Shown here: positions 37,179-46,209 of the stretch, in pieces
Position numbering within the stretch: position 1 is the first letter of the stretch
Layout: every line of letters begins with the position of its first letter
Assembly (NCBI GenBank): GCA_041498815.1
Contig: JBGQJC010000001.1
Span: 49,773 to 113,772, forward strand
Direction of reading: 5' to 3'
Length of the DNA stretch: 64,000 nt
DNA from: Alphaproteobacteria bacterium
GTDB taxonomy: Bacteria > Pseudomonadota > Alphaproteobacteria > DATDPM01
Notes under the pieces: model-generated
The model's database searches: none
Told to the model about the DNA's origin: nothing
The model's input: the letters and a program-made list of their open reading frames with translations, nothing else
Translations under genes and position numbers: made by a program

Positions 37179-38209
37179 GGCTTCCATCCCGCAAGAAGTT
37201 CTGGCGCCGGGCGCACACTTCCCACCTTCGTACCAACCCAATTAAAAATCGGTGACTCGAAAACCTCGGCCAGCCCTGCCGTCTCGGCTTCGCCGAAAAC
37301 GCCGAAGCGCCGCAACAGCCCGCCCATCGCCGTTTCGGCCGCGCGGTTTGCCCCGTCGTCGATCTTGAGCGCCAAGCCAAGGCCCGGCAATGCCGCGCAA
37401 TAAACGCCCTCGGCCCCGCCCTTGACCAAGACGCGCCCGCGGGCCGCCTCCATGACCCTGGTCCCGAACCGTCCGGTGCCCGCGATCAGGAAAGGGTTGG
37501 CTTCCATGGCTCTGCTAATCCGCAGCAGCGCCGACTGGCGAGGTCCGGGCTCGGACTTCGGATCGGCCAAGCGCGCGATCCCGCGGGCAAGCGCAACCAG
37601 GGGAACCGCATGCACCGGGATGCCGCAGCCGTCGATCCCGCCCGGCGCGGATTCGAGGTCGGTCTCGAAGACCTCGGACAAGATCTTGCGCAGCAGGCGC
37701 TGAACCGGGTGGCCGGGGCGGATGTATCCCATGACGGGCTCGTTCAAATGGCGGGCGACGGTCAAGAAGCCGGCATGCTTGCCCGAGCAGTTGTTGTCGA
37801 CGGCGGATGGGCCCCGCCCCTCGCGCCAAAGAGTACGGGCGGCGGAATCGGTGCGGGGCGGCTCCGGCCCGCATTCGAGATCGGCCTCGCTGCATCCGAT
37901 CCGCTCCAGCCAAGCCGTCACGATTTCGACGTGGCGGGGCTCGGCCGTGTGGCTGGCGCAGGCGAGCGCGACCTCGTCATCGCCCAATCCGAACGCGTCG
38001 GCGGCGCCGGATTCGAGCAGGGCCAAGGCCTGCAGCGGCTTGATGGCCGAGCGCGGAAAGACCGGGGCATCCACCGCCCCTGTTGCGAAAACCAGGTTCC
38101 CGCCGGAATCGACGGCCGCGACCGCGCCGCGGTGGCGGCTTTCGACCAAATCGCCCCGGGTCACCTCGACCAGGACCGGATTTGCGGCTCGCGCCGGGAT
38201 CTCAACCAT
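37175..38209 (-). CDS. L-asparaginase II family (Rhizobium-type asparaginase)
   Basis: Family blocks RSAIKPLQAL, CSGKHAGFL and GGAEGVYCAA. The internal start MVEIPARAANP was used. Confidence 0.8.
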   Translation of the reverse strand: MVEIPARAANPVLVEVTRGDLVESRHRGAVAAVDSGGNLVFATGAVDAPVFPRSAIKPLQALALLESGAADAFGLGDDEVALACASHTAEPRHVEIVTAWLERIGCSEADLECGPEPPRTDSAARTLWREGRGPSAVDNNCSGKHAGFLTVARHLNEPVMGYIRPGHPVQRLLRKILSEVFETDLESAPGGIDGCGIPVHAVPLVALARGIARLADPKSEPGPRQSALLRISRAMEANPFLIAGTGRFGTRVMEAARGRVLVKGGAEGVYCAALPGLGLALKIDDGANRAAETAMGGLLRRFGVFGEAETAGLAEVFESPIFNWVGTKVGSVRPAPELLAGWKP

Positions 38210-38235
38210 TGCCGGGGATTCGGATGCCGTCGCGG

Positions 38236-38586
38236 TTATTCGAAATGCCGGGCGACCAAAACCCGGGTCTCCCGGTCCATCATCGTAAAGACGCCCGCCA
38301 CTTCGCCCGTTTCCTTGTCGGCGCGGACGATGATCGCCTTGCACGCGAAATGGATGGTGTTTCCCGGCACTTCGATCCGGAACCGGATGTCGACGCCGTC
38401 GCCTTCGCGCCGGGGGCAATCGCAGGGCATGGCCAGGAACCCGGTCGAGCTCCAGTTCTTCACCGGATAGCTGCGCCCGTCGATCTCCACCGTGCCGAGC
38501 TTGACCTCTTCACGCCGCTCGCGGCGCTTCTCGCCTGCTGCTAGGCCCACGAGCGACAGGAGCGTTGTCAACAGGTTGCGCGACAT
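38236..38586 (-). CDS. PilZ domain protein (small)
   Basis: The short form of 116 aa has RxxxR...DxSxxG-like PilZ elements (RRERREE ... NWSSTGF). Confidence 0.5.
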   Translation of the reverse strand: MSRNLLTTLLSLVGLAAGEKRRERREEVKLGTVEIDGRSYPVKNWSSTGFLAMPCDCPRREGDGVDIRFRIEVPGNTIHFACKAIIVRADKETGEVAGVFTMMDRETRVLVARHFE

Positions 38587-38950
38587 GGGACGGCCGATCT
38601 CCTTGGCTGGCTCAGGCCTGCGACCATAACACCCTTGGCCCCCGGCCAAAGCGGCCGGGGACGCCGGTATGCGCGCCATTCTTGCCCGGGCGGGTAAAAC
38701 CGCCGATACTGCCGCCGCCCTTTGAGCAGGGCAATTCGAGCAAAGTCGTGGGCGACGACCCAAGTTGCGGTCCCGGCTGGGACGAAATCCTGACATTCGA
38801 TGACGCGACGCTTTGGCGTGCCGATGCGGGCGGCGGCGTTTTGTCCCGGTGCTTGGCAGCAAGGGGGGCCGCCGGCCCGGGAATTCGGCGCGGGATTGGG
38901 GCGAATGCCGGCATTTGTAAACAAGACTCGCCGGGGCGGAAGGCGTTGGC

Positions 38951-39376
38951 ATGAGCTGGACCAATTCCGAACTGGTCGAAGTTCGAACCCGTGAGGGCGG
39001 CCATCGCGCCGTCTTCAGCCGCGCCGATATCCCCAAGGACGCGATCGTCGCCATTTTCGACGGCCGGGCGGTGACCTTGGACATCCGCGAGGACGGCACC
39101 GTGGAGTACCGCGACGAGAACCCGCATATGCTCATCCACCTCGCGGTCCAGGGGCGCAAGTTCTTCGCCCTTTCCCCGATCGCCCCCGACGACGTGGGCG
39201 GGGTGGATTTCATGAACCATTCCTGCGAGCCCAACTGCTATATCGAGCGCACGCTGGTGGTGCGCGCCAAGAACCCTATCCCCCGCGGCACCGAACTCAC
39301 TTGGGATTACCGCGAGACCGATCTCATCGCGCAAGGTATACCATGCTGGTGCGATGTTCCTAAGTGCGTGCTTTAA
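38951..39376 (+). CDS. SET domain protein (putative protein lysine methyltransferase)
   Basis: FMNHSCEPNC (NHSCxPN) and ELTWDY (the Tyr motif) form the SET core. A C-terminal Cys pair suggests a post-SET-like region. Confidence 0.8.
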   Translation: MSWTNSELVEVRTREGGHRAVFSRADIPKDAIVAIFDGRAVTLDIREDGTVEYRDENPHMLIHLAVQGRKFFALSPIAPDDVGGVDFMNHSCEPNCYIERTLVVRAKNPIPRGTELTWDYRETDLIAQGIPCWCDVPKCVL

Positions 39377-39532
39377 GCACAGACACTTAGGGCGTTGATC
39401 TCATCCATTTTCGAAAAATTTTCGAGGGGCGAAATCGTTGCCGGCGCATGAACGCCGCGAGACGCAATTTAACCATGATTTAACTATGTACCGTTAAAAC
39501 CGTCGGCTTAACCGGAGACCGGAGTAAGACCG

Positions 39533-41446
39533 ATGCGCTACCGGCGCCGCTGGGCCCTGTTGGCCGCAGTTCTTTCCGTACTTTCCCTGGAATCCTGCTC
39601 GAGCGATCCGATCATCAGTTCGCTGCGCCCGACGGCAGAGGACAGGAAGGAACAGCCGCAACCGCCTGCCGGGGCCATTTCCGCCTTGATGCGGGTCGGC
39701 GAAGCAACGCGCCAAGGCGGCGATCCGGCCACCGCCGTCACCCTCTTCCGCCGGGCCCACGCGCTGGACCTGTTCCAGGTCGCACCGCTGGTCAAACTGG
39801 GTGCGGCGCTCAACGACGTCGGCGCCTACAACGAGGCTTCCGAAGCGTTCAAGGACGCGATCAACCTCGACCACAACAACGTCGAGGCGCTGCGGGGAAT
39901 GGGGACCGCGCTCATCGGCCTCAACCAGCCGGCGCTGGCGATCGACCAATTCAAGGCGGCCCTTGCGATCGAGCCCGACTACCGGACCTTTAACGGACTG
40001 GCCGTTGCCAGCGATCATCTGGGCGAGCACAAGGTCGCCCAGGACTATTACCAATCCGGTCTAAAGGAATTCCCGAGAAATCTGACTCTCCTCAACAATC
40101 TCGGGCTCTCGCAAATCCTCAGCCGCGATTATGACGCGGCGATCACGACCCTCGTCGCCGCCTCTCAGGAGCCCGGCTCAACCGCGCGTCAGCGTCAAAA
40201 CCTGGCGCTCGCCTATGGGCTGGCCGGCCGGGACAGTGACGCCGAGCGGGTTTCGCGCATCGACCTCGACGACCGGTCGGTGCAATCGAACCTCGCCTAC
40301 TACGGGATCTTGCGCGCCGGCGACGACGCCGCGCTGATGCAGGCCGTCATGGGCATCCATGTCCCGGTCAAGTCGGCGGCGGTGCCCGCCCAGCCGGGCG
40401 TTGCCGAGAAGCCCCAAGCCGGGGCCCCGGACCAAGGTTCATCGGCCGAGACGCCGCAATCGAATAACTCGAGCACAAGCGCCGAAACCACCGCCGCGCC
40501 CCAGGCGATCGGCTCGAGCACAAGCGCGCAGCCGGCCGCGGCACCGCAGGCCTCGGCGCCCGCAACCGAGGTTCCATCATTCGCGGCGGTTGTGACCCAG
40601 GCCCCGCAACAGCAAGCCGAGGCAGTTCCCGCCAAGACAACGGAACCGGCCGCGGCACCGCAGCACTCGGCGCCCGCAACCGAGGTTCCGTCATTCGCGG
40701 CGGTTGTGACCCAGGCCCCGCAACACCAAGCCGAGGTAGCTCTCGCCAAAAAGTTGGCGAAGACGGCGCCGGACCGGACTGAGCTTATGAACGTGACTAC
40801 TCCGGCCGGGCACCCGATAACGGTCATTCCGATAATCCAGGTAACGAACGGTGAGCGGCCGGGAACCCAGGAGCCGGTTGATCCGGCCGCGACCAACGAG
40901 CAGGAGCCGGGCATCCTGGCAACTCCTCCCGCCGTGAGCCAGGCATCGGCCACACCGGTCTCCGACAGCCAGACCAATAACTTGACAGAATCTTCTCGTA
41001 ATTCATCTGAGGCGGCACACCCGGTGCGGATCGAGATCCGCCCAAGCGGACCCGCGCCAATCACGACCGGCTATTCGGATTTGGCAACCCCAATGCCGGC
41101 GGCCAGCCGCCAAATCGGTGTTCTTCCGCCGTATATTGCGGGTCCGGTTTCGCCGGGACCGCCGATCTGGTACATGCAGCCCAAGATGGCCTCCGAATAC
41201 GTTACGTCGAGGCGCGATCCGATCACGGCGCTGGTCGATTACATTTTTGGGCCCTCGGCACCGGAAATGCCCGCGATGACCTCGCTTCGGCCTGCTGCGG
41301 GACTCGAGGAAACAAGCGCAATACCCACCGACGTATCCGGCGATCTCGATGCCCGTTACCACGGCCGCCTCCAATCGGTTCGTGGACCCCACGGTTCCGC
41401 CTCGACCGGCGCCGGGCCGCCCACCCTCCTTCGCGGCGCTCGCTAG
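39533..41446 (+). CDS. TPR-repeat lipoprotein with Pro/Ala/Gln-rich repetitive C-terminal region
   Basis: Lipobox LSLESC, several TPR units and a 120-bp tandem duplication in the low-complexity region. Confidence 0.7.
   Translation: MRYRRRWALLAAVLSVLSLESCSSDPIISSLRPTAEDRKEQPQPPAGAISALMRVGEATRQGGDPATAVTLFRRAHALDLFQVAPLVKLGAALNDVGAYNEASEAFKDAINLDHNNVEALRGMGTALIGLNQPALAIDQFKAALAIEPDYRTFNGLAVASDHLGEHKVAQDYYQSGLKEFPRNLTLLNNLGLSQILSRDYDAAITTLVAASQEPGSTARQRQNLALAYGLAGRDSDAERVSRIDLDDRSVQSNLAYYGILRAGDDAALMQAVMGIHVPVKSAAVPAQPGVAEKPQAGAPDQGSSAETPQSNNSSTSAETTAAPQAIGSSTSAQPAAAPQASAPATEVPSFAAVVTQAPQQQAEAVPAKTTEPAAAPQHSAPATEVPSFAAVVTQAPQHQAEVALAKKLAKTAPDRTELMNVTTPAGHPITVIPIIQVTNGERPGTQEPVDPAATNEQEPGILATPPAVSQASATPVSDSQTNNLTESSRNSSEAAHPVRIEIRPSGPAPITTGYSDLATPMPAASRQIGVLPPYIAGPVSPGPPIWYMQPKMASEYVTSRRDPITALVDYIFGPSAPEMPAMTSLRPAAGLEETSAIPTDVSGDLDARYHGRLQSVRGPHGSASTGAGPPTLLRGAR
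40531..40770 (+). repeat. two tandem ~120-bp repeat units inside the TPR lipoprotein gene
   Basis: ccggccgcggcaccgcag..ctcggcgcccgcaaccgaggttcc.tcattcgcggcggttgtgacccaggccccgcaaca.caagccgagg occurs twice. Confidence 0.7.
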
Positions 41447-41647
41447 CCCGCATTCCAAATCTCGCCGTCAAATGTTGCCGCGCCGGCCCATGAGCCGGCG
41501 CGGCAAACGATTCATCGGGCTTGCGGAATCGAGTCCGGCCCGTAGGCTATTAGCCCAGGCCATGTGCCGGGAGGCTCGCGGGCGGTGGGCCGTTGCAGTA
41601 GGTTTCGGTCCGGGGCCTTCCCCAGCCAATGAGATGGAGAGGCGACG

Positions 41648-41941
41648 ATGACGACCTATATCATGCTCGCCAATTACACCGGTCAGGGCATACGAAAGAT
41701 CAAGCAATCTCCCAAACGCCTTGATGCCGCGCGCAAATTGGCCAAGCGCTATGGCTGCCAGATTAAGCTCTGGTACCTGACGCTCGGCAGCTACGACGCC
41801 GTGATGGTCATGGACGGTCCGAATGACGAGGCCGTGGCCAAATTTCTGCTGGCCGTGGGGTCGCTCGGCAATGTGCGCACGGTGACGCTCCGCGCCTTCG
41901 ACGAAAAGGCATTTCGAAAGATCGCCGGCGCCGTGCGCTGA
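41648..41941 (+). CDS. GYD domain protein
   Basis: LGSYD and an alpha/beta pattern typical of the GYD family. Confidence 0.75.
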   Translation: MTTYIMLANYTGQGIRKIKQSPKRLDAARKLAKRYGCQIKLWYLTLGSYDAVMVMDGPNDEAVAKFLLAVGSLGNVRTVTLRAFDEKAFRKIAGAVR

Positions 41942-42144
41942 CGGCGGCGTATCCGGGCTTTTGCGCGCGGCAAAACCGGAATCCGGCTCGCGAACGGCGC
42001 GCTTCCCTGCGTCAGGCGCGCGGAAATTGGTGGAATTTGCTAAGATGGCGGCGGATCGCGCCTGGAAAGTGCCGGTAACGGCCAGGCGAAAGGCGCTTTA
42101 AGCATCGGAACCGTCACGAAACCGGCCATTTAGGGGGGAAATCC

Positions 42145-42441
42145 ATGAGCGACGACAACCAACAGTCCATCAACGCGGCCTCGCGGCAGGCGGTTTGGCT
42201 CCGGCTCCTGTTCATGATTCTTTTTGTCGTCATCGGCCACATCACCGGTTGGCTCGTGGTCGCGGTCGGCATATTCCAGTTCCTGTGCGTGGTCATCACC
42301 GGCCAGAAGAATGCACAGGTCGCAGACTTCGGCGACGGGCTCAGCAAATATCTGTACCAAATCGCCCGCTTCATAAGTTTCGGCGGCGAGGACAAGCCGT
42401 TTCCGTTCACCGATTGGCCGGGTGCGGCGCCCGGACGCTAG
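42145..42441 (+). CDS. small two-TM membrane protein (DUF4389-like, uncertain)
   Basis: Two hydrophobic helices and a conserved aromatic C-terminus. Confidence 0.5.
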   Translation: MSDDNQQSINAASRQAVWLRLLFMILFVVIGHITGWLVVAVGIFQFLCVVITGQKNAQVADFGDGLSKYLYQIARFISFGGEDKPFPFTDWPGAAPGR

Positions 42442-42563
42442 ATTTTGCGTTGACCGCGGCGCAAAGGCGCGGCAGTTTGAATCCTTAATAGGGCCGGACG
42501 TGAACCGGCCACAATCTTCGGATTGATAATCTGGGAGGGCGGCTAGCAGACAAGGAGGACGCC

Positions 42564-43133
42564 ATGCGTCGTTATCTTTGTGTTCTGGCTGTTACGAGCG
42601 CGGTGCTCGCCGGATGCGGTAGTTCCACCGGCGAGCGGACGGTGACGGGTGCTGGCATCGGCGCCACCGCGGGCGCGATCGTGGGCGCGGTCACCGGTGT
42701 CGACATGGGCTTGTTGGCGATCGTCGGCGCGACCGCGGGCGGTATGGCCGGCATGCTCACCGACACGGACGAGCTCGATCTGGGGCCGGCGCCTTGGGAT
42801 TCGAGTTCGGGCGAGCGCGCGGACGCAAATCAGACGGCCGCGGCCAAGGGGAACGCGGGACCGAACCAAGCGGCGACCGCGGCGGATGCCGCAGCGGTTG
42901 CACCGGCAGCGGGGACGCCGGGACCGCAGCCGGGGGCCGACCCGGAAACGGTGCGCGGCATCCAATCTGGGTTGGCCAAGCTCGGCTTCGATCCGGGCTC
43001 CGCCAACGGTATCGCCGGCGCCAAAACCCGGAGCGCGATCCGCGCCTTCCAGCAGCAGAATGGCCTTCCGGCCGACGGCGTGCCGACGCGCGAATTGGCG
43101 CAGCAGATCCAGCAGCAACTGGGACCGAATTAG
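42564..43133 (+). CDS. lipoprotein with glycine-zipper segment and C-terminal peptidoglycan-binding domain
   Basis: Lipobox LAGC, a GxxxG zipper (GAGIGATAGAIVGAVTG) and a PG_binding_1-like C-terminus (GFDPGSANGIAGAKTRSAIRAFQ). Confidence 0.65.
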   Translation: MRRYLCVLAVTSAVLAGCGSSTGERTVTGAGIGATAGAIVGAVTGVDMGLLAIVGATAGGMAGMLTDTDELDLGPAPWDSSSGERADANQTAAAKGNAGPNQAATAADAAAVAPAAGTPGPQPGADPETVRGIQSGLAKLGFDPGSANGIAGAKTRSAIRAFQQQNGLPADGVPTRELAQQIQQQLGPN

Positions 43134-43261
43134 AACGCCCGTAGCGGGCTTTCGGATATTTGCGGGGCGCCGGCCCCGTTTTTTTTGCGGGCCAAGCAAA
43201 AATGAAGCGGGCCGCCCGATTGGGGCGGCCCGCCTTAAGGAAACTATTAAACCTCGAAGCC

Positions 43262-43423
43262 TTACTTCTTTTCCACCTTGCATTCGGGTTTATCGACGTT
43301 TTCCTTCTTCGTGCAATCGACCTTCGGCTTGTCCTCTGCGAATGCCGCGACGGGCATGAAGCTGACGGTGCCGACAGCCGTCACGAAGGCAGCGGCCATG
43401 GCCGAGAGAAGGACTTTTTTCAT
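43262..43423 (-). CDS. small secreted protein (53 aa, Lys-rich, two Cys)
   Basis: Manual translation gives MKKVLLSAMAAAFVTAVGTVSFMPVAAFAEDKPKVDCTKKENVDKPECKVEKK. It has a signal peptide. It is absent from the ORF track because it is under 60 aa. Confidence 0.45.
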   Translation of the reverse strand: MKKVLLSAMAAAFVTAVGTVSFMPVAAFAEDKPKVDCTKKENVDKPECKVEKK

Positions 43424-43594
43424 TTATAGCGACTCCGGTTAAGTAGTTGCGGTGGCAGACATATACGGCGCGCACGGCGGCGGCGGCAAATGAACAAATT
43501 GTAATAATATGGCCGGATTGCCATCTTTGTTTCGCGGCGGTTAATGCGGGCCGGCCGCCTTACGCCGTTCGGCTAGGCCGGTGCCGGCGGCGTG

Positions 43595-44059
43595 TCAGCC
43601 CGGGGCCTTGGGCGCGCAGCCGAAGTGGTGCTTGGGATCTTCGGCGAGCACGTTGCGCTCCGCCGGGAACGGCCCGGCGACGGCGGCGTTGCTGCCGGCA
43701 TCGAGCACGGTCAGCGCCGCCTTGTTGGTTTTTCCGTCGAGATCCCCTTCCACCAGGTATTTGGCGCCGGCAACGGCGGTGAACTCGAACTGGCCGAAAT
43801 AGTCGGCGCAGGGCCGATCCACGCCGCATACCGAATACGAAGCGACGACGCGGTGGGGCCCGGCGGGCAGCGAAAGCCCGAGCAGCGATTGGGTCTCGAT
43901 GCCGTCCAGGCAGTGGATATCGGTTCCGCTATAGACGCCGACCGCGTTTGAAAGCCGGGCCATCGCCGGCTTGGGCGGGGGCGGAGGCGCCGCATGCTTT
44001 TCGGCGCAGGCGGCCAACGCCGCGGCGGCGGCAAGCATCAAGGCAAGCGTGCGGGATTT
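43595..44059 (-). CDS. lipoprotein (hypothetical)
   Basis: The start MTGKSRTLALMLAAAAALAAC has a lipobox and lies 5 bp after the upstream membrane-protein gene. Confidence 0.55.
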   Translation of the reverse strand, partial: KSRTLALMLAAAAALAACAEKHAAPPPPPKPAMARLSNAVGVYSGTDIHCLDGIETQSLLGLSLPAGPHRVVASYSVCGVDRPCADYFGQFEFTAVAGAKYLVEGDLDGKTNKAALTVLDAGSNAAVAGPFPAERNVLAEDPKHHFGCAPKAPG

Positions 44060-44064
44060 GCCGG

Positions 44065-44433
44065 TCATCCTCCACGATGGCGCATGAAGTTGACGAGGAA
44101 TATCGCCATGCTCGCAAGCGTGAGCAGCGAGCCGACGATGACCATGGGATAGCTCTCGGTGGTGATGACGATGAAAATGCCGGGGATGAAGATGACCGCG
44201 CCTAGATTCGCGACCCAGAAATGGACCTTGGTGAGAGGGCTTTCCCGCATCGCCGGATAGGCGCGGTAAACCAGGCCGAAGATCGCCAGCGTGACCCACC
44301 CGACCAGATTGATATGGGCGTGGACGTCCCGATAGTCGAAGGCGTGGCCGATTCCGATGACGATTCCGATTGCCATGCCCAGGACCGCGTAAACGACCGC
44401 GACGGTGATGAACAGAACGTCGACGTTCTTCAT
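44065..44433 (-). CDS. four-TM membrane protein (hypothetical)
   Basis: Strongly hydrophobic helices and a clean start. Confidence 0.55.
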   Translation of the reverse strand: MKNVDVLFITVAVVYAVLGMAIGIVIGIGHAFDYRDVHAHINLVGWVTLAIFGLVYRAYPAMRESPLTKVHFWVANLGAVIFIPGIFIVITTESYPMVIVGSLLTLASMAIFLVNFMRHRGG

Positions 44434-44614
44434 AACGCCCCCCCTCCAGCCGCTCTCTCCGCGCGGATTTCCCGGTGGCCGCGATTATAGGGAGAGAACG
44501 GCCTCGCCGAAAGGCAGCTTGCGACGGGACGGAGCCGCTTGCGGCGCAGGTGCCGGAGCCCCAATTCGGTGGTATTCTTCGGGCTTCGGCAAATCCCAGG
44601 CAAAGGAGGAGAGC

Positions 44615-45022
44615 ATGACTCTCGCGCGAGCCCTTGGTTTGGCGGCGGGCCTGTGCCTCATGTGCGCCGCGGGCGGTTCCGCGGCATTGGCCCTGGAAGG
44701 CAACACGGTATCCGGTGCGGCGTATTCCGGTTTTCTGGTCCCGGCCGGATGCGGCGGATATGGCGGCGCCGACTGCCCGACCGACGTATCCAAGGCCAAG
44801 CCGGAATCGACCGAAGCGGATTCGCAGCGGAAACCGCAAGACCAATGCGCCAAGGGCGGCTACGGCGCGGCCGACTGCAAGTCACGCGATCCGAGCAACG
44901 GGGCGCCCGATTCCGCGGCGGACCCGACGCCTCCCCAGGGATGCGGCGGTTACGGCGAGGCGGCATGCCCGAGTGGCGCCGGCGGCAGCTTCGACAAGGG
45001 AGGAAAAACTGACCCTTATTAG
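44615..45022 (+). CDS. secreted Cys-rich repeat protein (C-x2-GGYG-x-ADC units)
   Basis: A signal peptide and three repeats of the type GCGGYGGADCP / QCAKGGYGAADCK / GCGGYGEAACP. Confidence 0.6.
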   Translation: MTLARALGLAAGLCLMCAAGGSAALALEGNTVSGAAYSGFLVPAGCGGYGGADCPTDVSKAKPESTEADSQRKPQDQCAKGGYGAADCKSRDPSNGAPDSAADPTPPQGCGGYGEAACPSGAGGSFDKGGKTDPY

Positions 45023-45320
45023 ACTCGCCTGCGGGCTTTTCGTCTTGGCGTTCGGCTTGTCGCTCGACGGTCCGGCGAGTTTGGCCGGCGCTTACGTCGC
45101 CGATGCGGTGCCCGCAACTGGAGATCGGAATCCGGAAGGGGATTCGAAAATGGCACCCACACAGGGTGCGGCCCCGTCATCCGGCGAAGACCCGCAAGGC
45201 CCGATGCATCAATGCAAGCTCGGTTGCGAGCCCCAGTGCCGGGCGTTCGGCAACGCGGATTTGGCGGCGGAATGCCGCGACGCCTGCGAAGCGAAGTGCC
45301 AGACGAATAACGGGCAGTAA
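45009..45320 (+). CDS. secreted Cys-rich protein with apparent non-ATG start
   Basis: A signal-peptide-like LTLIRLACGLFVLAFGLSL is in frame and preceded by the AAGGGAGG Shine-Dalgarno at 44997-45004. The C-terminus is CKLGCEPQCRAFGNADLAAECRDACEAKCQ. The only start options are CTG (45009), ATT (45018) or TTG (45045). Confidence 0.4.
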   Translation: MTLIRLACGLFVLAFGLSLDGPASLAGAYVADAVPATGDRNPEGDSKMAPTQGAAPSSGEDPQGPMHQCKLGCEPQCRAFGNADLAAECRDACEAKCQTNNGQ

Positions 45321-45338
45321 TCAACGCCGGGGAAGGTC

Positions 45339-45656
45339 TTGAAACTCATTGCGCCGGAACGGGCCGCGGAATTGATGCGCCAGGGCGCTATGCTGGTGGA
45401 CGTCCGCGAGGCGGACGAATTTGCGCGCGAACACATCGTCGGCGCCAAGCACCGGCCCTTGAGCGCGATCGCGGCCGGCGGGGCGGCCGGCGCGGCCGGC
45501 CAAGCCGTGATCTTCCATTGCCGCAGCGGGGGGCGAACGTTGATCAACGCGGAAAAGCTCTTGCCGCTTGCGCAGGGCGATACCTACATCCTCGAAGGCG
45601 GGATCGAAGCCTGGAAGCAGGCGGGATTGGCGGTCGAAGCCGGCCAAAATAGTTAG
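45339..45656 (+). CDS. rhodanese-domain sulfurtransferase (single domain)
   Basis: Active-site loop FHCRSGGRT. A TTG start follows a GGGAAGG Shine-Dalgarno. Confidence 0.75.
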   Translation: MKLIAPERAAELMRQGAMLVDVREADEFAREHIVGAKHRPLSAIAAGGAAGAAGQAVIFHCRSGGRTLINAEKLLPLAQGDTYILEGGIEAWKQAGLAVEAGQNS

Positions 45657-45696
45657 GCGTTCAGGGGCGGCGATTGGCGGGGCAAAGGAGGAAGGC

Positions 45697-46188
45697 ATGA
45701 TCTCCGGCGGAATCCTCGGCGTTGCGGCAGCCCTGTCGCTGGCGCTCATCGTTCATCCGGCGGAAGTTTCGGCGCGATGCGGCCTGGGCGGCTACGGTGT
45801 TTCCCAATGCCCGGATTACTTCACCACGACCAAGCGGAATTACGGCGGCGAGGCGGAAACCTATGAGCCGCCGCCGATGGCGGCGCATCCGGCGCCTTGG
45901 GATCAATGCGCCAAGACCGGCTGGGGCATCACCGGATGCCCGGGATACAAAACCGGGATCACGCCGGGCGCGCCGGAGTCCGGGTATCGGCAAAACCTGG
46001 ACGATTGCATGAAGACGGGCTGGGGCATTACCGGATGCCCGAATTGGCCTACCGGAACCACGCCCCAGCCGCCGGGATCGCCCCGGAGGCCCGCTTGGTC
46101 GCAGGAAATTCAAGAGAGATGCGGCAAGGCGGCCGATCCCGAATGCTCCGGGGGCGAAAAGCCCGCGTCATCGCCGCCGCCCTATTAA
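45697..46188 (+). CDS. secreted Cys-rich repeat protein (C-x-TGWGITGCP units)
   Basis: A strong Shine-Dalgarno aaggaggaagg, a signal peptide, and repeats QCAKTGWGITGCPGY / DCMKTGWGITGCPNW. It shares DQCAK.G.G with the 44615 protein. Confidence 0.65.
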   Translation: MISGGILGVAAALSLALIVHPAEVSARCGLGGYGVSQCPDYFTTTKRNYGGEAETYEPPPMAAHPAPWDQCAKTGWGITGCPGYKTGITPGAPESGYRQNLDDCMKTGWGITGCPNWPTGTTPQPPGSPRRPAWSQEIQERCGKAADPECSGGEKPASSPPPY

Positions 46189-46209
46189 AAGGCGCCGCGG
46201 CTTCACGCC

